64,000 nt of DNA from Candidatus Poseidoniaceae archaeon (GTDB lineage Archaea; Thermoplasmatota; Poseidoniia; Poseidoniales; Poseidoniaceae). Positions 30,164 to 39,036 of this stretch are shown here, one piece after another (within the stretch, counting starts at the first letter, position 1; every line of letters begins with the position of its first letter). The DNA is taken from NCBI GenBank assembly GCA_028822845.1, contig JAPKCS010000001.1, forward strand, positions 159,964 through 223,963. The letters are read 5' to 3'. The translations under genes were made by a program, and so were the position numbers. Below the pieces are notes generated by a model. The model saw nothing but the letters and a program-made list of their open reading frames with translations, was not told where the DNA came from and did no database searches.

Positions 30164-30484
30164 ATGGATGCAGATATGTGGATGGCACTGTTAGGGTCAG
30201 CGGCCATCGAAGGCGTTATTTTGGGCGCTGTTCTTGGCTTTCTTTGGTCGATGGCAAGCAAAGTCCTGCAGTGGTTTTTGATTGGTGAGTTCGTTCTTTT
30301 GAAATGGCTTGAATCGCGCGGAATTCTCGTCGTGGACTGGGAACGTTTGTCCTTGGGTCTTGTTGAAAACGGTAACAAAGCGCTTGAAGAGGCCATTACC
30401 TTGCTCGAATCCTTTGTTGAACTCGGCACATTTGGAGCCAGCTTTGTTGCTGGCTTTTTGATTGTCAACAAACTCAAGGCTTGA
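30164..30484 (+). CDS. FUN14 family membrane protein
   Basis: G.ILGAVLGF, L.WLESRGILVVDWERL and FGASFVAGF motifs. Confidence 0.8.
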   Translation: MDADMWMALLGSAAIEGVILGAVLGFLWSMASKVLQWFLIGEFVLLKWLESRGILVVDWERLSLGLVENGNKALEEAITLLESFVELGTFGASFVAGFLIVNKLKA

Positions 30485-30519
30485 TGCAAGTTCATCAACC
30501 AAGAGCATCAGGCAACATC

Positions 30520-30951
30520 ATGGGTCGCGTTGTCATTCATCTTCACGGTGTGACCAAACAGAAAGATCTGCGTCGTGTGCTCGAAATGTACGCAGAACGG
30601 ACTCAAAACCGAGGCGTGAAGTTGGAAGTTCACTCGAGTAAAATCTCTTCAAAAGCCTACCTCGATTTACTCTGTGGTTTGCCTGGCGAACTGTATTTGA
30701 TGGACGAGGGTGGAGTTATGGATTCATCGCTCGCCTTTGCGGAACGGTTCAAAAAGTGGTCTGTTGGTACGAAAACAGTTCATCTGGCGATTGGCCCTGC
30801 AGAGGGTTGGACTGAAAAACCAACATGCGTTTGCCAACGACTTTCGCTCTCGCCGATGACGATGCCCCACGAACTGGCGAGCGTCGTCTTATTGGAACAA
30901 GTGTACCGATGCACAGAAATTCTTCGAGGCTCAGACTACCACAACGCCTGA
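30520..30951 (+). CDS. rlmH: 23S rRNA (pseudouridine1915-N3)-methyltransferase RlmH family (SPOUT)
   Basis: MDEGG..SS..FA, AIGPAEG, LSLSPMTMPHEL..LLEQVYR and terminal YH. Confidence 0.88.
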   Translation: MGRVVIHLHGVTKQKDLRRVLEMYAERTQNRGVKLEVHSSKISSKAYLDLLCGLPGELYLMDEGGVMDSSLAFAERFKKWSVGTKTVHLAIGPAEGWTEKPTCVCQRLSLSPMTMPHELASVVLLEQVYRCTEILRGSDYHNA

Positions 30952-30999
30952 CAAAAGGGTCAAGAAGCATCGAAGAATCGCCCACTTTGGAGGCAAGAC

Positions 31000-31767
31000 A
31001 TGTTGTTGTTAGAACAGGAGAGCCTTCGCTGGGTTTTAGTCGGTTTCGAAGCCCTAATCGGACTTGTTTTGATCCTCGGCTCTCGTAGTCAGCCTTTCCC
31101 TCTTCCATCGAAACGGTTCGGCTCCCTGGTGCTGAGCATCGCTTTCCTCCTTGCTTTGGGCCAATTGGCACCAAGACCCGTGTCGGTGGTTGGCCACCTT
31201 GCTGTGCTCACCGCAATCGGTTCGTTCGGACTTTTAGTGGGCATTCACCACTTGATTCGAACGCGCAGAGAAGTCTTGATTGCACCCTTTTCTGGGTTCA
31301 TGTTCTGCGTGGGTGTTGGTGGCTTGATGGTCACAACTTGGAAAGATTTGAACACCATTGAACAGTGGTCGGGCTTCCTTTCTCTCGTTGTGCTTGGAGG
31401 CGGCCAGACATGGCTTGTGTTCCGAGGTTTGTTGATCGGCCGTTTGCCGTTGGCGTGGAGTCAAGCAGGCATGGTTGCCTTGCACCGTGGTTTCCTCGAC
31501 GGCCCAGACGGAGCGATTTCATGCTTTGAGAAAGGATGGGATGCAGAAGAAGAGCACCTTAATCCAATGGCGTACGTCGCTTTGCACCGTCTTAACCTGT
31601 TCATTGGCAATGATGAAAAAGCAGAGGAATGGTGGCAAGCACTCAGCGATGTGGGCGGTGAAAAAGGCGTTGCCCCAGAATGGATCGCGGCCATCCACGA
31701 TGCACTCATCCGCCTCGATTCTGAAGCTGCTTCCACTCTTCCAGCCCTGAGTGCAGAAGAGGAATGA
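31000..31767 (+). CDS. Hypothetical membrane protein (about 5 TM plus a TPR-like C-terminus)
   Basis: Hydrophobic N-terminal two thirds and helical C-terminus; GGAGG SD. Confidence 0.75.
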   Translation: MLLLEQESLRWVLVGFEALIGLVLILGSRSQPFPLPSKRFGSLVLSIAFLLALGQLAPRPVSVVGHLAVLTAIGSFGLLVGIHHLIRTRREVLIAPFSGFMFCVGVGGLMVTTWKDLNTIEQWSGFLSLVVLGGGQTWLVFRGLLIGRLPLAWSQAGMVALHRGFLDGPDGAISCFEKGWDAEEEHLNPMAYVALHRLNLFIGNDEKAEEWWQALSDVGGEKGVAPEWIAAIHDALIRLDSEAASTLPALSAEEE

Positions 31768-31859
31768 TTCCCTTTTCCGGGTTAAAAAACGCTTTTTCCG
31801 AGAAGAATACTACGGTAAACCGCTCCTTGTGGCGAGATTACGAACAAATAAGCAAAGGA

Positions 31860-31867
31860 TTTAATAT
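31860..31867 (+). promoter_or_regulatory. Canonical archaeal TATA box with A-rich BRE
   Basis: CAAAGGA-TTTAATAT, first T 29 nt before ATG 31889 (leaderless spacing). Confidence 0.65.
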
Positions 31868-31888
31868 CTTAGAAGTCGATATAGTATC

Positions 31889-32170
31889 ATGGAACAAGTG
31901 GAAACCAAGCGGAACAACACGACCATGAGTGCAATGCTTTGGTATGCAATCTTCATTTGGTTTGCTTCAAGCCTCTTTTCCCAATCCCTGTACATGGCGT
32001 TCAACGGCGTACCCTATGATGCGTTAATGCTCCTCCAAGATCTGGGTCCGTTGTATTACCTCGTTGTGGGGATTGAAGTTGCAGTCTGGATCACTCTGGG
32101 TGTCCTTTTGCTTAAGAAAATAGTGCAGAAGACATGGTTTGGAAACACAACTCAACCGTCCATGGCTTAG
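31889..32170 (+). CDS. Small hypothetical membrane protein (2 TM)
   Basis: Two hydrophobic helices, own TATA box and a T-tract after the stop. Confidence 0.7.
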   Translation: MEQVETKRNNTTMSAMLWYAIFIWFASSLFSQSLYMAFNGVPYDALMLLQDLGPLYYLVVGIEVAVWITLGVLLLKKIVQKTWFGNTTQPSMA

Positions 32171-32180
32171 TGTTCTTTTT
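32171..32180 (+). terminator. Putative oligo-T terminator
   Basis: TGTTCTTTTT immediately after the stop at 32170. Confidence 0.4.
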
Positions 32181-32185
32181 CAAAA

Positions 32186-32319
32186 TCCTTGTATTGCTGC
32201 TCTCACATTTCAGTATCGGCGAAAATGAACACGACCTCCGAAATCTGGCAAAAATCAAACGTTTTCGCCGATGACTTGATGGCCCGTCAAGTAAAGGAAC
32301 GCATGTGAGAGATACAGGA
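32186..32319 (+). repeat. Nested inverted repeats (possible structured RNA or operator)
   Basis: Pairings 32200-32208/32303-32311, 32215-32227/32260-32272 and 32274-32281/32285-32292. Confidence 0.5.
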
Positions 32320-32790
32320 GAGGCGCCGTTCTTTTCAGGTCGACCAATGGACACATGTTCATTACGAGATCAGGATGTAGCTCTCAGGGTTCTTCCACGA
32401 GGTGCCCGTCTTGTCACCATCGAAGAGGCACGTGAGAACCTACCAAAGGTCACGCGATGGTTGGCTGAACTTCAAGCGATGAGCGATGAAGCTCACGACC
32501 TTACCGAGGAACTTGAAGTTCTTCTCGAATCCCTCGACGCAGAAAATGAGCATGTTGTTGAGGTTGCTGAACACCTTGCTCAACTCGTCGCCCATTGGCA
32601 AAAAACAACCGCTAAGATTGAAGCAACAGGAACACGAATCGCTTGTCTTGAACCTGGGCGATTGGAGTGGTATGGCGTTGTGGATGAGCATTTGGCTTTG
32701 TATTCCTGGAGCCTTGGTGAAGAGGACATCGAGTGGTATCATCCAATCGATGCCAGCTTTATGGCCCGAAAACCCCTCATAGAGGCGTGA
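32305..32790 (+). CDS. DUF2203 family protein
   Basis: TIEEARENLP.V, coiled coil, G.LEW and LYSWSLGEEDIEWYH..ASFMARKP match my recollection of the family. Start is 32305 or 32348. Confidence 0.8.
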   Translation: MRDTGEAPFFSGRPMDTCSLRDQDVALRVLPRGARLVTIEEARENLPKVTRWLAELQAMSDEAHDLTEELEVLLESLDAENEHVVEVAEHLAQLVAHWQKTTAKIEATGTRIACLEPGRLEWYGVVDEHLALYSWSLGEEDIEWYHPIDASFMARKPLIEA

Positions 32791-32813
32791 CCTGGCTCGG
32801 CTTAGGGGAGCAT

Positions 32814-33509
32814 ATGGTTCGAATCAATCGTGTTTACACTGGCGGCGGCGACGAAGGTCAAACATCACTCGTTGACGGCTCACGTCGTTCGAAAGCAGAT
32901 CTACGCTTCGAAGTCGTTGGCACATGCGATGAACTGAATTCGGTTTTCGGCTTGGTTGCCATGGAGGCAAACCGCTTGCCAAAGCACGAGGATGGCGGCG
33001 ACCGTGCGACTGTACAGCGCGTTCAAACCATCCTATCCATGGTTCTCACTCGCATTCAGAACGAACTGTTCGATCTTGGTGCTGAATTGGCGTGTGTTCC
33101 GACAGAACTGCCAGAATACATGGTCTTGATCAGTGAGCAACAAAGCGATGTTCTGGTCAGCGAGATGGACGCTTGGCTCGAGCACCTGGAGCCTCTTACA
33201 AGTTTCATTCTTCCAGCGGGTCATGGTCCAGAGGCCATGCTCCACCTGGCAAGGACGGTGGCACGTCGCCTCGAACGTTCCGTCATTCGACTCAAGGAAC
33301 ACGAAGGCGAAGGGTCGGTCCGGCCAAACGTGCAGGTGTACCTGAACCGTCTTTCTGATTGGTTGTTCGTGTTGGGCCGTTGGGTGACAGCGGGACTCGG
33401 TCACGATGAAACCTTGTGGCAACCACTTGGAAAAAGAGGACCTGAAAAAGGCGTAGCGGAACGAATTCGTCGCCTGCATGCATCGGATGAAGATTTCGAA
33501 GCACTTTGA
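32814..33509 (+). CDS. ATP:cob(I)alamin adenosyltransferase, PduO type
   Basis: RVYTGGGDEGQTSL, GTCDELNS, IQNELFDLGAEL, FILPAG, ARTVARRLER and YLNRLSDWLF; GGGGAG SD. Confidence 0.92.
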   Translation: MVRINRVYTGGGDEGQTSLVDGSRRSKADLRFEVVGTCDELNSVFGLVAMEANRLPKHEDGGDRATVQRVQTILSMVLTRIQNELFDLGAELACVPTELPEYMVLISEQQSDVLVSEMDAWLEHLEPLTSFILPAGHGPEAMLHLARTVARRLERSVIRLKEHEGEGSVRPNVQVYLNRLSDWLFVLGRWVTAGLGHDETLWQPLGKRGPEKGVAERIRRLHASDEDFEAL

Positions 33510-33920
33510 TCAGTCGAGGCCAGCGGACACCATGTGTTGGCGCGCCAATTGAAGAACACGGGTTGTTTCTTCATGAGACAATTGTTGCTCGGCCATGTCC
33601 CAATCCAACCACATGTAACCACGGTGTTCATGAGAAAGTTTGACTGTAAGTTGCTCGGTTTGAGCAAGGTACCAGTAAACCTGCTTCTCCTTTTTCTTGC
33701 CCCTGTGCCTGTAGGTGTATTCGCTCCGTTCAGCAAACCCATCGACGAAGTTGATTTTATCGATGCCGGTTTCTTCAGCCAACTCTCTTCGAGCAGTGGC
33801 ATGGTGATCATCATCGTCTTCTTCGACGTGACCCTTTGGAAAATCCCAGTGGCCCTGAGGATACTGCAACAACAAGACTGTCCCGTAGTTGACCAACACA
33901 ACGCCACAGGAAGTCTCCAT
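33510..33920 (-). CDS. NUDIX hydrolase, Ap4A hydrolase-like
   Basis: SCGVV, HWDFPKGHVE..TARRELAEETGI Nudix box and LSHEH..Y.W. Alternative start at 33947. Confidence 0.88.
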   Translation of the reverse strand: METSCGVVLVNYGTVLLLQYPQGHWDFPKGHVEEDDDDHHATARRELAEETGIDKINFVDGFAERSEYTYRHRGKKKEKQVYWYLAQTEQLTVKLSHEHRGYMWLDWDMAEQQLSHEETTRVLQLARQHMVSAGLD

Positions 33921-34008
33921 AACCCTCACTGGAAGGCCGTTGCTCAAGTCCTTTGTGGCGGTTGTGATTCCACAAATCTTCTTGTGGGCGTTGCCTCCCC
34001 TTCAGGTC

Positions 34009-35007
34009 ATGGGGCAGCAAGGCAACGTGCTTGAGGCGGCAGGTCTGCCGCAATTTACTTCCATCATTGCTGATTCAGACCTTGATGGATTGTGCGCTGC
34101 TGCAGTTCTAAAAGCTGCGAACCCAGATGCTACCGTTCATTTTGCACATGCTGCTTTGGTCCGTTCAGGCGCCATCGATCACTTGGTCGACCGCCAAACC
34201 GCCATGGTCGATTTACCGTTCCATCCTGATTGTGGGTGGTATTTGGACCACCACCAAACCAACCGTCCCAATGAGGCAGAAGAGGCCGTTTTTGTGGCCA
34301 ACGGGGGGACATGTCACTGGGAAGCCACACCTTCGGCAGCTCGCTTGGCTTACGATGTTCTTAGCCCCTACATCGATTTGACTCATCTTGAAGAAATCAT
34401 GCCCGTCGTGGACGCTTTAGACTCTGGGCAAATCAGTCGTGAAGCCTTCATGAAAGACGGACCAATTTTGCAACTTGCCCGTTCCCTTTCGCTTCGGGAG
34501 CCGGACCACATGCTTCGAGTTCTTGACATGCTTTCCAAAGGCCTCCGGCTTTCGGAAGTGTTGGCTGACCAAGCCATTGCTCCACATGTGAAACGGGCGA
34601 AATCTGAACGCGCAGCGGCACAACTTGTTGTTGAAGCCCATACGACCATTGTTGACCGATTGGCGATCTGCAGGATGGATGAAAAAGGAGTCCGTTCAAA
34701 CGGTTATCTCGTGACGGCTTGGGCGGGCGATAAGGCCGATGCGTGTTGCATTGTCCACGGCTATGCTGACGGGTCCATTGATACACCTGAGCGCCCTGCT
34801 TTATCTGCCAGTTTTTATGCGAATTCCTTCCTTCCAAACGGGCAGGGGAAGTACGACCTCTCTCGCCTTGCTACGGCGCTTGACCCAACAGGTGGCGGCC
34901 ATGCGAATGCGTGTGGGTGCCGGGTTCAGCCACCTGGCGTTGATGCCAACCTCGAAGTGTGGTTGGGCATGTGGATCAACCGCGACAATGCATTGGCCAT
35001 TCGTTGA
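34009..35007 (+). CDS. DHH family phosphoesterase
   Basis: DSDLDG, VDLP, LDHH, PSAARL, DALDS and GGGHANACG motifs. Confidence 0.85.
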   Translation: MGQQGNVLEAAGLPQFTSIIADSDLDGLCAAAVLKAANPDATVHFAHAALVRSGAIDHLVDRQTAMVDLPFHPDCGWYLDHHQTNRPNEAEEAVFVANGGTCHWEATPSAARLAYDVLSPYIDLTHLEEIMPVVDALDSGQISREAFMKDGPILQLARSLSLREPDHMLRVLDMLSKGLRLSEVLADQAIAPHVKRAKSERAAAQLVVEAHTTIVDRLAICRMDEKGVRSNGYLVTAWAGDKADACCIVHGYADGSIDTPERPALSASFYANSFLPNGQGKYDLSRLATALDPTGGGHANACGCRVQPPGVDANLEVWLGMWINRDNALAIR

Positions 35008-35478
35008 TTATCCGAGGACCATAAACAGGTACAGGAATCCGAGGAAAGCGTGAATAAAAACGAGAACGACAACCAAGTCGGCTGCTCGACCATGCTTCAA
35101 CACATGGTGGCTGAATTTTTCGCCATTGGTTCGCGCGATTTTCGCTTTTCGACCCATGCGTGCGAGTAAGAACAACAACGTGAAGCCCACAGGACCCATG
35201 AATCCGTGCAGACTTTGCGGCATAAGGTTCGATAAAGCATCTCCATTTGTGCGAAGGCCAACTACGGCTCGAGCCATAAAAGCCACCAAGATCACGCCAA
35301 AGGTCGCCCAGAGCAACCGCTCACCCATACGTTCGTGACGGCTGCGAGCATCCTTGCGTTCCTCACCTTTGAGTTCATGGCCTTTTTTCCGCCATGAATA
35401 TTGCCACCAAATCCAGACCAACAACGCTGACGCAAGCAGTGGGTGCAGAAGCATCACGATTGCATTCACGGGGTCCAT
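35008..35478 (-). CDS. Four-helix membrane protein with conserved His (DUF4079/cytochrome b561-like)
   Basis: LLHP, RHERMG, SLHGFMG, KHGR and IHAFLG within or beside hydrophobic helices. Confidence 0.6.
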   Translation of the reverse strand: MDPVNAIVMLLHPLLASALLVWIWWQYSWRKKGHELKGEERKDARSRHERMGERLLWATFGVILVAFMARAVVGLRTNGDALSNLMPQSLHGFMGPVGFTLLFLLARMGRKAKIARTNGEKFSHHVLKHGRAADLVVVLVFIHAFLGFLYLFMVLG

Positions 35479-35623
35479 TGAACTCGCCTTCACACCTTGG
35501 CAGGTTTCCTTGCTTCATGGATGTTGCTGGGCAAGTTGGCTCAATCGATGGTTCATCGAGGAGTGCACCCTGCCGGTGGGTTGAAGGAGGGTAGGTGGAG
35601 CCAACAGATGAGGGGCGAGCATT

Positions 35624-38600
35624 CTGCAGGAGAACTATCTGGCGAATTGCCTTGAAGCTGCGTTCAAATCGAACGCACCCAAAGTCCGTCGTCAGTCCTT
35701 TGTCGTCCGAACTCCGGATTGGCAATTGTTAGAAAAACAATGGCGCCCAATCCTCCTGCTCGCCGTAGCAGAAACTGAACTGCCAGCAGCAGATGAAGAT
35801 GATCAACCCTCTCCAATGCGCCGCTCAAGCAACGCCCGCCGTACTCGAAACCGCCGAGGTGGTCGCGGCACATCAGGCCCAATGGACACCATTCCATCGG
35901 CCCAAGAGATGATTCTTCCGAGTGACTTTTCGGACGCATACCGGCTCGCTGTTTTGCTTGCACACAAACTCCTCAACAAAGATGACTGGGATTCTGAATG
36001 GGAAACCACAGAAACCTCCCTGCGGAATGCTTGCCTTGCGGATGGCGTCCACCCGGTGTGGGCCGATCTTGCCCAGCACACCCCATTGTTTGGGCAATTT
36101 GCTGCTTTCCCAGTCGCTAAACCAAAGAAAACCGCTTCGAAAAAGAAGGTCAACAGTTCCGCTGGGGCCATCGATCCAATGAACACCAACGACCTAGCAG
36201 AGGCTTTGGAGGCTCTTTCCGGAGCCGTTGATACGGCAGAAGCACAAGTGGCCATGCGAACTGTTGGCTCACAGTTGTCCTCTGGAAGGTCATTGAATCC
36301 CGCTCCTTTGCTGTTTGAACTCGAAGGTCCTGCTTCGATTATCTCTGCCCTCTTGTCGATCGCCGCTGGTCTTGATCCTGAACCATCCCTTTCGAAGGTT
36401 GAAAAAGTCGATGCGGATTTAGCAGCGGCCCTCACCGACCTTGTGCAGTTGCGCAACGGGCAAGTGGCCGATTGGAAGGCCAGTGCAAACGCTTCAGGCG
36501 ATCATTCTCTTGCCCGCTCCCGCCGCTTCCTCGCATGGCACCACCCACCGGAATCAACGGCGGCCCTGAAAGCCAAAGTCCTGACAGAAGGTATGGAACT
36601 TTTGCGAGAAGGCAAAGCACCTACACAAGCCATTGAGCGTGTGATGTGGTGGCGCCTGGCTGCCCTTCACCGTGAAGGAAGCACCGAAGAGACCGTTCAG
36701 ACCCTTACCGCTTTGAAACTCGACGCTCATGCGGAACTCTCCCACCTCCTCCCCTTGATTTCAGACTTGAACAACGAAGATGTTCAAGCCTGGTTAAACG
36801 GTCAAATTCCGCATCTCGATGACGGTGCGTTGGTCGATATCATTTCCTCAGAAGGCCTCGATACGGACCTTCAAGCGTGGGCAGCGAAGCACCTCAGCGA
36901 AGAAAATGGAGAAGCATGGGAAAGCGTGCTCCCAATTGTCATCGACATCTACACCCGTTCGATGAACCTCCGAAGATTGTCGGAAATCATCGTCAAGAAC
37001 GACCTCACACCAATGTCCCACCCATACGAGACGTTGCTTGCAGCACATCTGCTTGCAGCCGGTAAGGACAACGACCTTTGGCACGCAGTTCGAGCGGCTC
37101 GTGAAAAGGCACTCGACTCCATTCACAGCACCGATGCCCCACCTGCGTTCTCCTCGACAAGTGAAGCGTTGTTGATGCTTTTCGAAGGTGAAAACGTCGA
37201 TGATGAACGCATCGGTACCCTGCTGGATAAGAGCGGACTTCTCGCCTTCGGTGTCATCCGCCGTGCTCTCCGTGAAGGTGGCTCAGGTGTTGTCGAAACC
37301 AAGGAACTCACTTCGTTAGAAGAGAGCATTGCCGAGGCAGAACTTTCCCACATGGAACGAAACTTGTTCGCTGCTGTGATCGACACCCTTCGCCTCAACC
37401 GCGTCGCTTTGATGCTTCAACACGGCACTTCGAACGGCGACATTGTGGAGGGCGTGAACACCCTTTTGAGCAACGAAAACATTCCAACCGCAATGATCCA
37501 TTCCGTCCGTCACTTGGTGCTGGAACACGACTTAGGCCTCCCTTCGATGGTTCGCTGGTACCAAACCAATGACCCATTGTCACCATGGCACACCCTCGCA
37601 AGAGCCTCGGTGTCTGCTTCGGACAAAGATGAACTGAACGCAGCACGGGATTATCGCCGAGCTGGCGATCATGAAGGATTTGACTATGAACACAAAATCG
37701 TTCTCTATCGAAAGTCCCTCATCCACCTTGCATTTGCTGAGCAGTGGAAAGAAGCGGTTGAACTCCTTGATGCGCAGCCAGCTTTGCGCAGTGCCCTCAC
37801 AAAGCGGTTCCAACTCTACCTGCGAGTCTCGCACATGTCAACCAAAGACACGAACGCAGCAACCCGTTTGCTGAAGGATTTCGTCCGCTCCACAAAGATG
37901 GTCCCTCAAGAAAACGAGGAAGGCGAAATGGTTGATGTGGAAGTCACTTACTTTGCTGAAGACGACCTTGACATGCTCAAAACCTACCCGTTGGAACATT
38001 CCCGTGTGCTTCCAGCAGATCCGTTCAGTGGTCGAGTAACTGCGGCGGTGAACTCCCTCCAGAAGAACCGTCGTCGACAACGCAATGCCTTCGACACCCG
38101 CTTTACGCAATTGATGCAAGGCCCTTCTCCTTCGCTCAAAGATCTCTATGAATTGGCAAGCGAGGCAGCCCAAGAAAAGCCAGTTGAAGGATTGATGTTC
38201 CTCGAGCGAGCACAAAACAAAGGTCAATTCAGTGTACGTGAAATTAAGCGAATCGCTGTAGCCGAGCAAGGTTTGTTCTCGACCTTTAGAGAAAATATCC
38301 CAAACGCCTCACGACGTTACCTCCGCAACCTTTCGCTTTCCCCGCTTGTCCTTGTCGACACCAACGTGCTGGTCGACGCACTGATGGATGCCATCAAGCA
38401 ACGCTTGGAAGTGTTCACTGAAGCCAGCCTCGACATCGCAGGGCACGGTCACTTCCACCATGTGCTGTTGAAGCGCGCTCAAGAAGGAAAGATCGAACTT
38501 TGGCTCCCTAAGATTGTCAAGCAAGAACTGTCTGGTATCGCCAGCGATCTTGGTTTCCTTCGTTCTCGATTCAACGACCTTTTGGTTCCACCATCAATGC

Positions 38601-39028
38601 TTGACACTGTGTTCTGCAAGGAAGTCATCGGTGAACTCGTCGATCAGGTGCTCCAAGATTACAACACGTGGCGCCCAATGGATCTTCAAATTGAAGAAGA
38701 AGCAGACGATGAAGCAAACAAGGAACTTGTGGTCGACTTCTTGAGAGAGTACACCGAAATTTATGAAGAAATCACCGCTATGAAGCGAACCCGTGGAGAG
38801 CCAGCTCGAACGGTTGTTGATGGCTTGGATGTCTATCCTGAGGCACCGGATCGAACCCTCATGCGAATTGCGCTGCATCTTGCTCAGCAAACTCTTGGAA
38901 ACCTCGGAACAGTCCTTGTTGCAACTCGAGACAGCGACTTCACGCTTGTCTCACGAGCCTTCGAAGAACGGTTTGGATTCGGCGTGGCTAAGAACAGCCG
39001 TGCTCTGAACAGTTTCCTGCACGGATGA
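35624..39028 (+). CDS. Large alpha-helical (TPR-like) protein with C-terminal PIN domain
   Basis: PIN motifs VLVDTNVL, KQEL, PDRTL and VATRDSDF. The frame is open upstream of TTG 35726 to the stop at 35609-35611, so the start is uncertain. Confidence 0.8.
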   Translation: MQENYLANCLEAAFKSNAPKVRRQSFVVRTPDWQLLEKQWRPILLLAVAETELPAADEDDQPSPMRRSSNARRTRNRRGGRGTSGPMDTIPSAQEMILPSDFSDAYRLAVLLAHKLLNKDDWDSEWETTETSLRNACLADGVHPVWADLAQHTPLFGQFAAFPVAKPKKTASKKKVNSSAGAIDPMNTNDLAEALEALSGAVDTAEAQVAMRTVGSQLSSGRSLNPAPLLFELEGPASIISALLSIAAGLDPEPSLSKVEKVDADLAAALTDLVQLRNGQVADWKASANASGDHSLARSRRFLAWHHPPESTAALKAKVLTEGMELLREGKAPTQAIERVMWWRLAALHREGSTEETVQTLTALKLDAHAELSHLLPLISDLNNEDVQAWLNGQIPHLDDGALVDIISSEGLDTDLQAWAAKHLSEENGEAWESVLPIVIDIYTRSMNLRRLSEIIVKNDLTPMSHPYETLLAAHLLAAGKDNDLWHAVRAAREKALDSIHSTDAPPAFSSTSEALLMLFEGENVDDERIGTLLDKSGLLAFGVIRRALREGGSGVVETKELTSLEESIAEAELSHMERNLFAAVIDTLRLNRVALMLQHGTSNGDIVEGVNTLLSNENIPTAMIHSVRHLVLEHDLGLPSMVRWYQTNDPLSPWHTLARASVSASDKDELNAARDYRRAGDHEGFDYEHKIVLYRKSLIHLAFAEQWKEAVELLDAQPALRSALTKRFQLYLRVSHMSTKDTNAATRLLKDFVRSTKMVPQENEEGEMVDVEVTYFAEDDLDMLKTYPLEHSRVLPADPFSGRVTAAVNSLQKNRRRQRNAFDTRFTQLMQGPSPSLKDLYELASEAAQEKPVEGLMFLERAQNKGQFSVREIKRIAVAEQGLFSTFRENIPNASRRYLRNLSLSPLVLVDTNVLVDALMDAIKQRLEVFTEASLDIAGHGHFHHVLLKRAQEGKIELWLPKIVKQELSGIASDLGFLRSRFNDLLVPPSMLDTVFCKEVIGELVDQVLQDYNTWRPMDLQIEEEADDEANKELVVDFLREYTEIYEEITAMKRTRGEPARTVVDGLDVYPEAPDRTLMRIALHLAQQTLGNLGTVLVATRDSDFTLVSRAFEERFGFGVAKNSRALNSFLHG

Positions 39029-39036
39029 GTTTTTGC

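Noticed and set aside
32268..32300. Hammerhead ribozyme (CCGATGA-stem-TAAA)
   Set aside because: The core needs CUGANGA and GAAA; both deviate and no stem III with a cleavage triplet is evident.
32186..32330. Canonical cobalamin riboswitch (CAGGAGAGGCGCC resembles the 3' B12 box)
   Set aside because: The GGGAA, CCCGC.ACUGU and GCCACUG elements are absent; kept only as an unclassified structure.
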